From positions 1,249,308 to 1,313,307 of the forward strand of contig MU061578.1 of NCBI GenBank assembly GCA_013265495.1: a stretch of 64,000 nucleotides of DNA. Reading direction: 5' to 3'. The notes beneath the pieces were generated by a model. The model worked only from the letters and a program-made list of their open reading frames with translations. It did not search any database and was not told the origin of the DNA. Of this stretch, positions 1-12,089 are shown piece by piece. The number at the start of each line of letters is the position of its first letter. Position 1 is the stretch's first letter. Origin of the DNA: Vicugna vicugna (taxonomy: Eukaryota). A program made the position numbers and the translations under genes.

Positions 1-505
1 ACCACCTGTACTTTTTCTCTCCTTAATGGTGCCTCCCCATGAAGTTGGGGGAAATTAAAATCTGAAACTAGTGGGCTGGTTTCTTGATCCATTCTCCTTC
101 GAACGCATCAAGTAATGGCCTTGGCAAATATTGGGGAGCACGTGAGATCTGTACATAAGACTGTGGAATGCAAGGTCTTGCGAAGATGACATTCTTTTTA
201 AAAAATGTTCATGTATTTATGAACTTCTCATTTTAGTAGGGAAGCTGCCCTCGGAGATTTTGCTGGTGGTCTGAGTTTCTGCAGTTTCTACAAGTACAGA
301 GATAATTACTTTGGGATAAACTCCCTTTGGTTGGGGAAAATCACTAAGATGTGACCATTAGTTTTGTAAGATTAAAGCAAGCACTGATCTTTTTTCTTTT
401 TTCTTTTTCTTGTGCATGTGCACACGGAATCTGCAAAGAGCTGGGCAAGGGACACTGACTGTGAGACCTCTCTCTTAAGTACCCTGCACACTGGGTTTCT
501 GTTAC

Positions 506-639
506 CTTCTGAGTATTCAGCAAAGCTTTGCAGTCACCAAAGCCTGACTTGAGCTGAGTTTTGGGGATGTTAACAATGTCCATGCTTCCAGAGGACTGGT
601 TCTGAAGACAAAACAATCTAGACGGCAAGTTGCTAGATC
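506..639 (-). CDS. Putative spliced exon containing a candidate start codon (583-581); would encode MDIVNIPKTQLKSGFGDCKALLNTQK before a phase-0 intron. Gene not identified.
   Basis: On the minus strand: acceptor ttctatttgcttacag|G at 640/639, donor AAG|gtaaca at 506/505, ATG in strong Kozak context (AGCATGG), and 26 open codons to the donor. Lies ~2.5 kb downstream of the candidate promoter. No homology recognised. Confidence 0.3.
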
Positions 640-1098
640 CTGTAAGCAAATAGAATATTCTGGAGCAGATGAAGAGTCTGCAAAGGACAAGACCCATGAC
701 GCATATGTGGAAAATGTCATCCTTGATGCAGGACCTTGAGAAAAATGATAAATCTATTCTTCTTTTCTAGACGGATGGGGTTCTGAGTCCTTAGGGTCGG
801 CACAAAAAAATAAGCACTATTTTACTTTGTGTTTCAAAGCCTTGGACCGGCAATCTGTACTGTAAAAGCCATCTCATTTGGGGACAGGAGAAGGTAGTTC
901 ATGGAAAACCTTTCAAAAGAAGGAATCATTTCTAAAGCGATACAGAGGTTTCTTAAATTATTTGTTTTCATGTAAGATATATTCATGTGCAATAACTTAT
1001 CGATCTTTGATGAGTCCAAGGCCTTTTCTTTTGAGTGTTGATTGAAATCCTTCATCATCTTTCCCACACAAACCTCACCCCCATTTCATAGTCTCTAG

Positions 1099-1315
1099 TA
1101 GAAATCAGCCAACTATGGCCCCAGGGCAAACCTGGCCCACTCACTTGTTCTTGTCAATAAAGTTTTATTGGAACACACCCTTACTCATTCACTTTGTCTA
1201 TGGCTATCTTAGTGCCACAAAGGCAGTGCTGAATAGTTGCAGTAGAAACCACATGGCTGTGAAGCCTACAATAGTCATTATCTGGCCCTTTACAGAAAAA
1301 GTTTGGCAACCTCTG
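1099..1315 (+). mobile_element. MER58A-like hAT-Charlie non-autonomous DNA transposon
   Basis: Resembles the recalled MER58A consensus along its length (aataaagttttattggaacac...tctggccctttacagaaaaagtttggcaacctctg), with degenerate TIRs. Confidence 0.85.
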
Positions 1316-2629
1316 ATCTGTACTAACAGTCCTGGCTTTGCTTCATGTAAAGTAAGAATTTCAAGCTACAAATGAAAGATTCTGAAGGCAGACCCTTTCC
1401 AGATGTCCGAAGGTTCTTTTCTACTAACGTGTTACTCCTCCCCCTCAAAGCTAATCCAAATAATTTTTGAGACTTGCTTTCACAGACTGTTTCCCAAGCA
1501 TTAACTTAGTTTTCATAGAAACAGCTCTTTTTCTTATTGCACTCATTTTTCACCAGTTTACATAATATTCTGCTAAATAATGTAATTACAGTAACAAGTG
1601 CAGCTGGCAGAAGCAGGTCTGGGAATAAATACAGCTGACTCTTGGCAAACAGACCCCACAGCAGGTGAAGAGGAAGGTGAGGTTGTACAGAACAGTCACA
1701 TCACAGGATGGCGGGGCATCTGTCAATGTGTTTTAGAAAGGGACAGGATGCTATGTGTTAATCTGGCAGGTTTCATAAGTGGACGCCGATTTGGTTAGCT
1801 TCCTCCATCCATGTCCTTTTACAAAGCATCTCTCATTTCAGGAATCTACCAGTTTTACAGGTATCATGTTGTCATGGTTATTTGACCCATGCTCATCTTC
1901 TCCACTAGCTTGTAAGGGTTAGGAGAGTGGGAACCGTGGGTTTTGGTATACCATTCTTTCCCCACCACCTGGCATGGGCATTGGCATACGGTCCATGATC
2001 AAAAATTATTTCTTGAATTAATAACTGAATGGAAACAGGCACTCCTACAATGTGCCATCCTAAACCTGTCGTCCAAAAACCATGGATCTTGTGAGGTTGC
2101 ATCAAGGAGTTGGGGCCTTACATTTCCTTCCCAGCTGTCCTAAGATCCACTGAGGAAGAGGGGGAGCTTTGGAAGGGTCGGGAGCAGAGAGGCAGGGGAT
2201 TCTGACAGCTCACTCCCAAGGCAGATGGGAAATTTCATTTTCTGATGCCCGGATGCAGGCAATGGGTTTAAGCCAAGATTATCATTAGCAATCTGCATTT
2301 TGCAGTCCACATCACTCTTGTATCTAGCAGAAATGAGAAACTTGCTTCTAACTGGCAAATTAAATATTGATAATGCAGATCTGCTCCACAACATCCTTCA
2401 CAAGGCTGGCGCCATCATTTCAGTGTTTCTAAAACTTCAGTCATTTGCTTTCCAGTGTCACAATTTTTGTCATCACCGCAGGCGATCTGTAACATTATGT
2501 AGTTAATATTTATCTTTATAGCAGCTCATTTTAAACCTCAATAGATGGACTTGCCAAGGAAACTTTGTGTTGCCACTGCAAATGAGAAACCAATATCAGT
2601 AGTCATAAATATAAGTTAATGGGGAAAAA

Positions 2630-2895
2630 ATTAATGCCTAACAATTATTAAAAACCCTTTCTACACCAGACACTGTTCTGAGAACCTCATATGCATTAAT
2701 TATTTTAATCTTGGTTTGCTTGCTCACACACACATACACACAACTTATTAAATACGCACAATTATTACCTCCATTAAAAGAGGAGGGATTGGAGGCACAG
2801 AAGATTTAAGTAACATGCGTGGTACTGAATTGCAGAGTCTCAGTTTTTATCTCAGTAGGCCTAGCTCCAGGCCCCTCGTTCTTAGCTACCACCAT
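2630..2895 (-). mobile_element. MIR SINE (degenerate)
   Basis: Reverse-complement MIR core (gaggcacagaagatttaagtaacatgc) and tail-like segment. Confidence 0.65.
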
Positions 2896-2939
2896 AGCCT
2901 GCAAACAGTGTGTTTAAAGTCTAGATAGACGCTTTGGCT

Positions 2940-3640
2940 GCTGCAGGCTTTAAGCCCGAGGCACGCTCCGCTTCTGTTAAAAAAGAGAGCTTAGAAATTG
3001 GCAGAGACTTGCTAAAGATACTTTAGTTTAAACCGAGAGTTTCTCATCGAGATAAAAAGGATCGCGAGAGAATTGAAAAGGGAGTAAGTTGCTAAGTGAC
3101 TCGCGCTTTCACGCTGACTTGATGTTCACCGCCCGGAAGCTGGGAGGGTCGCACAGGGTCGGTGTCCTCCACGCTGGGAAACGCTGCGCCACCGGCGGGG
3201 GGTAGCGCACCCACTTCCCTGAGTCCTTTGCTGGGTTCTGGTCTCTACGTTTGGGAAGTGCAGCGGACACCCTTGGGGATGTGTACTCGCTGACAGTGGC
3301 TCTCTTTTCTCTGCTAATCCAGTCCCCCTGAACGGTTGGCCCTGGGTGACGAGGTTTATCCAGCCGGCTTCCCGGAGCACAGCTGATTGGACCAGAGCGA
3401 GCAACGGCCCCAGGCTGGACCAATCAGAGTCCTTTTCCGGGAATCCGTCATCAGGATCCATGAACGGTTAGTCCCTACCCCTGCGTGGGTTCTGACGGCT
3501 TTCAGCCTCGAAGCTCTGGTCCTTCCGAAGTCTGGTGGCATGCCTTTCCTGCTCGGGCTCGCCCAAATCAGCCTCTAGGATTTGTTAACTGGGTGAGAAG
3601 CAGTTCTCTTGTAAAGACACCACCAGGACATCAACCGCGG
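2940..3640. promoter_or_regulatory. CpG-rich candidate (possibly bidirectional) promoter
   Basis: Sharp local CpG enrichment; two inverted CCAAT boxes (3386-3390, 3420-3424); GAS/STAT TTCCGGGAA 3435-3443; ETS core CCGGAAG near 3133; RFX X-box-like GTTGCTAAGTGAC 3088-3100; BANP/ZBTB33-like GATCGCGAGA 3060-3069. Confidence 0.65.
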
Positions 3641-6600
3641 AAACTGTCAGAACTCAGGCAGCTTTCTCATACTTCTTTTCTTTGTTCAGCCTTGTGGGTC
3701 TCTCTGTTGTGTCTTGCTTGGTTTTGTACAGGCTCCCTTCACCTTCTTTGAGCAAGTGGCGCTTCCCAGCCCCTAAGATTTATGCTGCATCAGTTCCCGC
3801 AGGTACACTGGTATAGAAACCACCTGTTCATGAATCCTGGTTCTCATCTGAAATGCTGATACCTGGCTCTCTCAATGAAATGAAATATTATTATTTTTGC
3901 TTAGAAAGAGAGGCAGTGAGAGAAAAATAGATCTCTGTTTAGTTACCAGCATCATTTAAGGGTGTCTGCCTGCCAGCCATACTTCTTAAAATGCCTTTTA
4001 AATAAAGCACCAAACTGCATTTCCAGATTTGCTACACTGGATGACTGGACCATGGCCATGTTGCCAAGTTTATATTCCTGCGTGAGTACGGTCCGTTATG
4101 TTATCAGATTGCAGGGATACAGGTGGAGAGTTATAAGATGTACTCCTAAAAAGTGTGTCTCCTTAAAAAAGACAATCACCTTAATCAAGGGTGTTTTCTT
4201 TTCAAGTTATAGGAAGAGCTGAGTATAAACATAAGAAAGGAGTAAAAGTAGGGGAGAGATCCGTGAGGTAAACAAGAAAGAAAACAGACAGGGAGAAGTC
4301 AGAGAAATTAACCACTGAAGAGACAGAGCTGTCAAAAGATGGGACAGCGCCTGATAATGTTGGGTGCCTCCCAGGAGGGAGCTGGATGCCTAAGATTCAA
4401 ATAGGAGGGGAAACCTTGACTGCATGCCCTTTGGTATCATTTAAATTTCGAACCACGTAAATGTGTGTCCCGTCGATTTAAATGTATCTGTCGATTCAAA
4501 ACATAAATCACTTGAAAATCTACAACAGACCGCAACAGTAACAACACACAAAGCACCAGTCCCTGAAGTCAGAGATGGTCTTAAAGGGGGCTGTCGGAGC
4601 CACACGTTAGGGGAAACTATACGGCCCATCATATCATGTCACAGCTTGAATTGATTTAACAGAGTTGGGGGGGGCTCCATTCTTGTTCTGAAACCACACC
4701 CCCGTTGACCAAGTCCTCATCAAAGCGAACTAATAAACCCCTCAGGCCGCACACAAGCACTTCATCACCTCCCACGTCCATAATTTGCCAGGCTAGTCTC
4801 ATTTGCGATAGAGATTTCAATTTTATCTTAATTCTGAGGAATTTATCAGGGACTCCTGGAGACAAAAGCACGCTGCCTCTTTATCTAGCTCTGACCTAGT
4901 TCTGGCCATCGTCCCCATCCCAACAGGAAGAGAAATCTGAAGTTGCAATATATTATTTACTAGGATGAGCCAGTGATTCAGACTGCAGGGAAAAGCAATA
5001 AGAGACCTCAGGAAAGCTTAAAACATCTTGAAGGCTGTTTCATGAAGGAGTCACAACTAATGCAGGCACAGGTACTTAGGAGTGAAGTGGGTAGAGATGA
5101 GAGGTTAATAGTGAGCTGGCCAGGCTGGGATACCACAGGAAATAAGTATGCATAAAAGGGGAAGGAAACCTCAGCCCGCTCTCTCAGTTCCATGCAACTG
5201 GATTTTTGCTGTCCGTTTTGCTGAAGGGCTTAACAAACCTGATGCCAAAAGCAATTGTAAAATGGAAATAACTCTGCAAGTCATGGTCATCTCAAGAGTG
5301 GCGTTAAGGAAATGCTCTGAAAAGTTACCAGGTCACGTACACATGGCATTAGAATGCTTTTATAAATTACGCGGCTGTATTAAATCTCTCTCAGCACAAG
5401 GGTCCCTCAACCCCACACCTCACTGTTACGATTTTAAAAGTTGCAGATGCCTTTAGTTTGTATAACAATGTGGAAACATGACTTGAAGGCACACTGTCCA
5501 GTAAAAAAATAAAATTGCCAATTTCCATCAGTGACATTAAAGACACTAATTATGACTTCAAATTCATCCATCCAAAACATGATGCACTTTTAAAACATAC
5601 AAATGGAGTGGGGGGCGATCAATACAGATATTTCTTAAAATACCATACCCATGCCAAGAAGGATCTCAACTATGACATCTTAAAAGCAGAACAAAGCCAC
5701 CAAGCTGCATTTACAAGCAAACCATTCTCTCCTCATCTAGGGAACACTGTTTACATCTAATGCACTTCAGCGCTGTGAGAGTTTCACTTTTAGGAAGGTA
5801 AACAGCATATGAGGTTTAAAATTCTGTCTCCTTCTCCTAGATACACAAACGCCAGTAAAACTGAAATGTCTACGGAGGGCTTGAATTCCCCTAGAAAACG
5901 TCCTTGGCTTATTAACCCCAGTTAATAGCAAGAGAGCTTTTGAGCCACTCAGCAAAGCGCCTGGTCTTCACATTAAGAAGGCAGCAAGACATTCTTTCGA
6001 CCTTTGTTATTACTTAGAACTCGTGTCGTACATAAAAAGAGTACAATGATGTCAAACAAATTCCAGAAGAGAAGTATTTATTGCAGAATCTAAATCAAAA
6101 AATCCATATCTACTATAATGGCACTTCAAAAGAAGATAGACTGTATTTACCAGCTCAATCAATACGAAATTAGCTGGGATAAATATTTTCAACTCAACCA
6201 GTCTTAAGATGAAGCCTGCTATTTAGAACCCTGTGTCTGGGGAGAGACGAGGAAATTTTTGCTTATCACACAGAAACGACAACCAGGAAATATTTTCCAA
6301 GCAGGTGCACCTACCCTTAGCTGCTCCCTTTCACAATTCATCTGTTGTCTTGAAACCTACAAAGGAAAGAAGAAGAGGGGGGGAAAATCAGACGGTTCTG
6401 CATGAAAACAGCATGAAAGAAAATGGAAAGTTACTCCTAATCACTTGGTTCAAAGCAGACGCAGAATTAATTAATTATGGGTTTCATGTGTTCATTAGGT
6501 CCAAACAGCCTCAGCTCCACTTGGTGTTTCAGTCACGGGAGTCAGAAACACAACCAGGATGAGCCAGAGTCTTGAGGGTAGGAGAGGAGAAGGATGTAGT

Positions 6601-7454
6601 AGAGAGGGGGGAAAATCTGCCAGGGGTCAAGGCTCCTCTTTTGCCCTGCCAGGTGCGGACATTCTTCCCATGAGGTCCACTCAAGGTGGCTAGGAGTAAG
6701 TTCTGGCTGTGACACAGCATCTTTGCGGATGTTAAGGGCCAACAGTATCACCTACATGCCTTGGCAGATGGATTACACTTTATGGTCTTGTTCCAATCAC
6801 ATAGCATTATGTCCCCATAGGACTGTGCTGGGGAGAATTCTCAGGTCGATGCTTATACCAGAGAAAGAAACCTTGATCAATGTGTGGTATCTGCCATAAG
6901 CTCAAAAAAAAAAAAAAAAAGATTAGTGACACCCACACCATATGTTGATTATCCTTGCCCTACCAAAGTGCACTTCTTAAAATCAACAACATGTCTTTAG
7001 AGGGATCGTATCATTCATTGTCTGAACAGCAAAGAATACATGTGAGTTAAAGGAGGGGTGGGGTGGTATGAATGATTCTGCCTGGAATGATGTGAAGTGG
7101 GATGGACGAGCTGGACTGGGACGTCTGGTCACTCTGCCTCTATGGGGACCGGCTGACTCCACCTTCAACTCAGACAGCTAAGCTGAAATAAAATTTAGGT
7201 CTGCATCCATTATTTATCCTGTGTATTTCTAGCATTTGTTTTTCACCAATGAGGTCACCCCTGACTTCTAGCATCTGGCAATATAGTGCAAGTTTTTGAA
7301 ACTTTTACAAAAGGAGAAGAAGGTTTAGGAGCTAACTTTTGATGTATATTTTATGTATTTTATATTGAAGGTTTCTTTCTTACTTTCTCCAAAACAGAAC
7401 CAGGAATCATTATTTAGGACATGCCAGAGCCCGAAATCTATAAATCGGTGCGTT

Positions 7455-7820
7455 GCTATGCCCTTTAACCTAGAAATATCACCTAAGAACGGCTCCTGAG
7501 AAAATACAGACGTGTATCAATTAACTGCAGCATTCTTTACCTAAAATATAAATATTACAATGTGCGATAATGAAAAAATTAAAAGTAAATTATAGCACAC
7601 GGATAGGATGGCAAAATGTGCAGCATTTAGAGCCATTGCTTTGAAAAACAGGGAGCTGGGAAATGCTTCAGAGGCACCATTTAGCTTTTAATAAAAGAAA
7701 CGACTAAAGAGCACAAATGTTATGATTCTTATTTCGTGTTAAAAATACAGTGAAATAGAGCATTAAAGAAAAAGAAGGATAAAAGAAAAGAAAGAGGAAA
7801 GGCATGGGAGGAAACACCCC
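7455..7820 (+). mobile_element. Old L1M (L1ME-like) 3' fragment; host of the younger insertion at 7837
   Basis: Degenerate L1 ORF2-end/3'UTR-like A-rich sequence. Confidence 0.45.
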
Positions 7821-7836
7821 AAAATATGAAAAGGAA

Positions 7837-8176
7837 GAGGTGGGAGGAACCAGGATGGCAGAGTAGAGAGACTCATGGCTCGCCCTCTTCCACAAATACA
7901 CCGAGAATTACATCTACGAACCCGCTGAATCGCACAGAACACCTACTGAACTCTGGCAGAGAGTCTCTCGTGTCGAAGGATTCTCACAAAATCCGGTCAA
8001 CAAGTTCACAATGTGCAGCACAGGGAACTATCTTTGATATCTTGTAGTAGCTTGCAGTGAAAAAGAATATGAAAACAAATATATGTATATTCATGTATGA
8101 CCGAAGCAGTGTGCTGTACACCGGAAATTGACACAACGTTGTAAAATGACTATACTTCAATTAAGAAATACAAAAA
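7837..8176 (+). mobile_element. Bipartite L1-derived element: L1 5'UTR start (~7837-7997) joined to L1 3' terminus (~7998-8176) with A-tail
   Basis: 5' part resembles the cetartiodactyl L1 5'UTR start (ggaggaaccaggatggc...cacaaatacacc...acagaacacctactgaac). 3' part resembles the camelid-type L1 3' end (gcacagggaacta...gaaaaagaatatgaaaac...tgctgtacaccggaaattgacacaac...tatacttcaatt). TSD-like aaaatatgaaaaggaa (7821-7836) / aaaatactaaaaggaa (8177-8192), 14/16 identical. Confidence 0.75.
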
Positions 8177-8224
8177 AAAATACTAAAAGGAAATGGGTAC
8201 AATTTAAATATACAAAACACACAC

Positions 8225-8565
8225 ACACAGTGGATTATACACTTGAAACAGGTAACTTTACGGTATGTGAAGTATATATGGCACGTAAAGCTTATATCTC
8301 CATAAACTGTTTAAAAATAAAGTGGGGAAAATTCATACGGACAGAAAGTAGATTAGTGGTTGCCAGGGGACTTGGGGAAGGGGCAATGGGGAGTGAGTGA
8401 GCGCTTCGTGGGTGTGGAGTTTCCATTTGGGGTGATGAGAAAGTACTCAAACTAGACACTGATGGTTGCACAATATTCTGCATGTATTTAGTGCCCTTAA
8501 ATTGTACACTTTAAAGTGGATAAAATGGGAACTTTTATTTTGCGTGTATTTTCCCACAGTAAAGT
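8225..8565 (+). mobile_element. L1MB/L1MC-like 3' UTR fragments
   Basis: gacagaaagtagattagtggttgccagggg...gatggttgcacaatattctg...aaattgtacactttaaa, typical old L1 3' end. Confidence 0.75.
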
Positions 8566-8589
8566 AAGTGAAGTGGGTGATGAGGGTCA

Positions 8590-9045
8590 GGTTCTAGGTA
8601 AGATGGAGTAAACACACTTCACCCTGTCTCCCCTTATCGATGAAACTATAAAATCTGGAGAGAATGCATGGCACAACTATGTGAGGTCTCTGAAAAGTGA
8701 ACAGTAGCATGTGGCGTGGGGAAGCAGAGCAGAATATCAGCTAAGAGGTGAGTTCCTCCCCCACTTCCCTTCATCAGTATCCGTTGGCATGGATTCAAGA
8801 CAGCCTAGAGCCCAGAACTGGGCATCCAGGCGCAGACACAGAGAGATGCCCAGCGCTCTGCGGGAGGGAACCTTCCTCTGTGATCTGAGACGCTGTGGTC
8901 TCAGGAGGTGAGGCAACCCCCTGCTGGATTTTCTCTCTCCAGGCTCAGTAACAGAAACATGTGAACAAGGTTACAAAGCACCAGCTTTTTGGCTGGAGGA
9001 CCAAAAAGGGAGCCCTAGGAAATAAAAACCAAAGGACCGAAAAAA

Positions 9046-9076
<31 letters not shown>

Positions 9077-11000
9077 CAAAAAAACAAAACAAAAAAAAAC
9101 TTTGAGGATCCTAAGGAGGAAAGAGTTTAGGAAAATGACCCCAGGCACTACTTTTATGAACTCTGGACTCTTCTCTGTGCTATATGAGTGTGCATGGGAC
9201 CCTAGACAGATACCACAGACTTTGAAAATTGAACTGCATCAACAAACGCTCAGCTTGCAGACTGGCCACTGGGAGGCACACACCTGGGATAGTTCCAACT
9301 ATCGCTGCAAAGGCTTTGACTACAGAATTGATACTGGAAACAAAACCGTAGAAGGAGCTAGAAACTGTCAGCCTAAATCCAACTGGATTGATTACCTGCC
9401 AAAAGAGAAATATCAATAATTTCCATAGGATTTAAACAGGATCCAGAGTCTCATAACATAAGATTCAGCATACCCAGGATATAACCAAAATTACTTGGCA
9501 TACAAAGAAACAGGAAAATCTAAACTCACATGGGAAAAGACAGTTACAGACACCAACACTGAGATGTCACAGATGTTGAAATTATCAAATACAGATTTTA
9601 AGCCGCTATTAGCAACATGGTCCAGCAAGTAAGGGAAAACACAGTTAAAACTAATGAAAAAAATAGTGCCAGCCCCCCCCCAAAAAATATATATATACAC
9701 ACACATATACACACACACACAAATATAGAAAGAAGATCCAAATGGAAATTTTAGAACTGTAAAATTAACAATGTAAATTTTAATAAATAATAAAAAATAG
9801 TCACTAAATGAGTTCTAATGTAGAATGAAGATAGCAGAGGAAACTCAGTGAACATGAGTACATACCAGTAAAAAGTATCCAAACTAAACAAAGAGAAAAA
9901 AATATTGAAAAGAAAAAGAAACTCAGGGACGTGTAATAACAGCAAAAGGTGTAACATTCACATCACTAATCCTAGAATAAAGATAAAAGAGTTCGCTGCA
10001 GAAAAATTATTTGAGGAAATAATGGCTGAAAACTCCCTACATTTGGCAAAAGATATAAATCCACAAGTTCAAGACGTTCAGCAAACCCTAAAGAGATAAA
10101 CCCAAAGAAAGTTACATCCAAATATAATCAAACTTTTAAAACGTGGGGTTGGGGGGGGGTGCTTTGGAAATAGCCAGAGACAAAGGACGCAATATTTATA
10201 AGAGAGTAACAATTCAGATAACTGTGGGTTTCTCATTTAAGCAAACAAATAAAAAACAAGGAGTCAGGAAGGAGGTGGCACATGATTTTCTAAATGCTAA
10301 AAGAAAAGAAACATCAAGCCAGAATTCTAAATCCAATAAAAAGTATCCTTTAGAAATGAAGGTGAAATATTAAGAAAACTCAGAAAATCCTTTGCCGGTT
10401 GAACTGCTCTGAAATAATTACTACAGGAATCACCAGACAAAGGGAATATAATACCAGAAGGAAATATGGAACGTCAAGAAAAAAGAATGGAAATGGTATA
10501 TTTATGTGTAAATATAAACATAAGAGACCACTCTGCTCCTCCTGGGTTCTTTCACATATGTCTATTGGTTTTTCTTCTTAACATTTTTTGTTGAGTTACA
10601 ATCATTTTATGATGTTGTGTGTTTATTAGTTGAAAGCAGACACATTACAAAAGTGTGTAACGTGATTTTCAGTGTATGCATATGCAATACATAAGATAAA
10701 AGCAACATTAAGAGAGAAAGGTAAAGGACGTATATGGCAATAAGGTTCCCACATCCCAAATGAAATGATAAAATATTAATTCTAGGTGGAGGGGGAGAAG
10801 TTAAGTATATGTATCCTAACCTTAAACTATCCACTTAAAAAATAAAAACCAGAAGAACTGATACATCCTAAACCAAATGATGTTAGAATCATTGGACATC
10901 TGTATGCATAAAAAACCGAATATTTTGACCTAAACCTCATACTTTATATAAAAATTAACTCAAAATAGACCACGTATCTACAGGTGAAACATAAAACTAA
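8590..11000 (+). mobile_element. Ancient L1 (L1MD/L1M4-like) with 5' region, decayed ORF1 and a short ORF2 C-terminal piece
   Basis: ORF 9905-10099 contains EKLFEEIMAENSLHLAKDINPQVQDVQQT, similar to the L1 ORF1p motif EEIMAENFPNLxKDINxQIQEAQRTP. 10870-11000 resembles the ORF2 DPYLTPYTKINSKW region. Confidence 0.8.
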
Positions 11001-12089
11001 ATGGGAGATGCAATTAAAGAGTGATGGCAATACTCCTTCCTGCACAGCATCCTTGTTCTTGTAACATTGTATATATGCTAGTAACAATATCCTGCGTCTC
11101 CTCTGGGGCCATGTTCCCGTCCAATCCCTTAGATTCTTTGTGAGTTGGATGTCATCGCCACCATATTCTACTGCTGCCTAACACAGCCTACACCTGCCAT
11201 TACCTGTCTGGTTAGAAGTCAGCTGAGTAATACTCACATCTGCCGTGTAAGGCGGCTGGTGACTGCGCCTTCTTTACCCAGTGATTGTCAAGTGCAAATA
11301 GCCGGTTATGCAAGACAGGCTGAGCCCCATCAGGGGGGGTCTCTGTTTCTCTTGCAACTGTGGTCACCGCACAACACTCCAAGCAAGGTGTAGTGATGCT
11401 CTGAAGGCTTACTAAGTTATTGCTAGACCCACTGAGGTTCTTTAAAAAATTCCCCATCACCATTACGGGAGAGGTTCAGGGGGAAAAGTCACCTGTAACT
11501 CCTTACCATTTGTTATGAAGACCCTTCCTATGTACTCTTTAAAAGCCAGCCTTGAAAAGTATCCTACATGTGCACTTTACTAAATGCCATTTCATTGGAA
11601 ATAACCATGTGCTGTTTTTTTCCCACGGCAGTAATGCACAAAACCAATATATTTTATAGCCTAAATGAAAAAAGGAAAGTGGGAGGTCTGCTGCTGCTCC
11701 TTTAAGATGCTTCCAGAGAATCAAATACCACTCTTGATAGGGCTGCCAACTAAGCACTTATGAAAGGTTAGAAACTGAAGCAATAAACTCCAGCAGGAGA
11801 CCCTTTGCTCTCCTGAATTGTACGGGATGTTTAATAGCAGGGATTCCTCTTCCCCCACCTCCTATCTTCCTCTGGCCCTCATGGCCACAGAATCTTTCTC
11901 AGACTCAGCCTCTTTCATCTTCTCCTGACTCTGAGCTCTCTCTCTTCAGTTCTTCCTGCTTGATTCTGACCATATTACCAGACTGATTTCCCCTCCCACA
12001 CATCCCACCAGATCTGCAAGCGGAAGAACTGAGTCTTACTCAGCTTTCTTTTTCTGAAGATCAGGATGATGTTTGGAATCTGTTTATCT

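Noticed and set aside
834..1067. 77-aa minus-strand ORF as another exon of the left-hand gene
   Set aside because: No convincing splice sites or homology.
8945..9419. Poly-Lys / poly-Phe ORFs
   Set aside because: Translation of an A-rich tract inside an old L1.
9905..10373. ORFs with L1 ORF1p similarity as a host gene
   Set aside because: Fragmented by stops and frameshifts; a decayed retrotransposon.
11195..11515. Isolated minus-strand splice-donor-like motifs
   Set aside because: No paired acceptor or ORF support; such motifs are common by chance.
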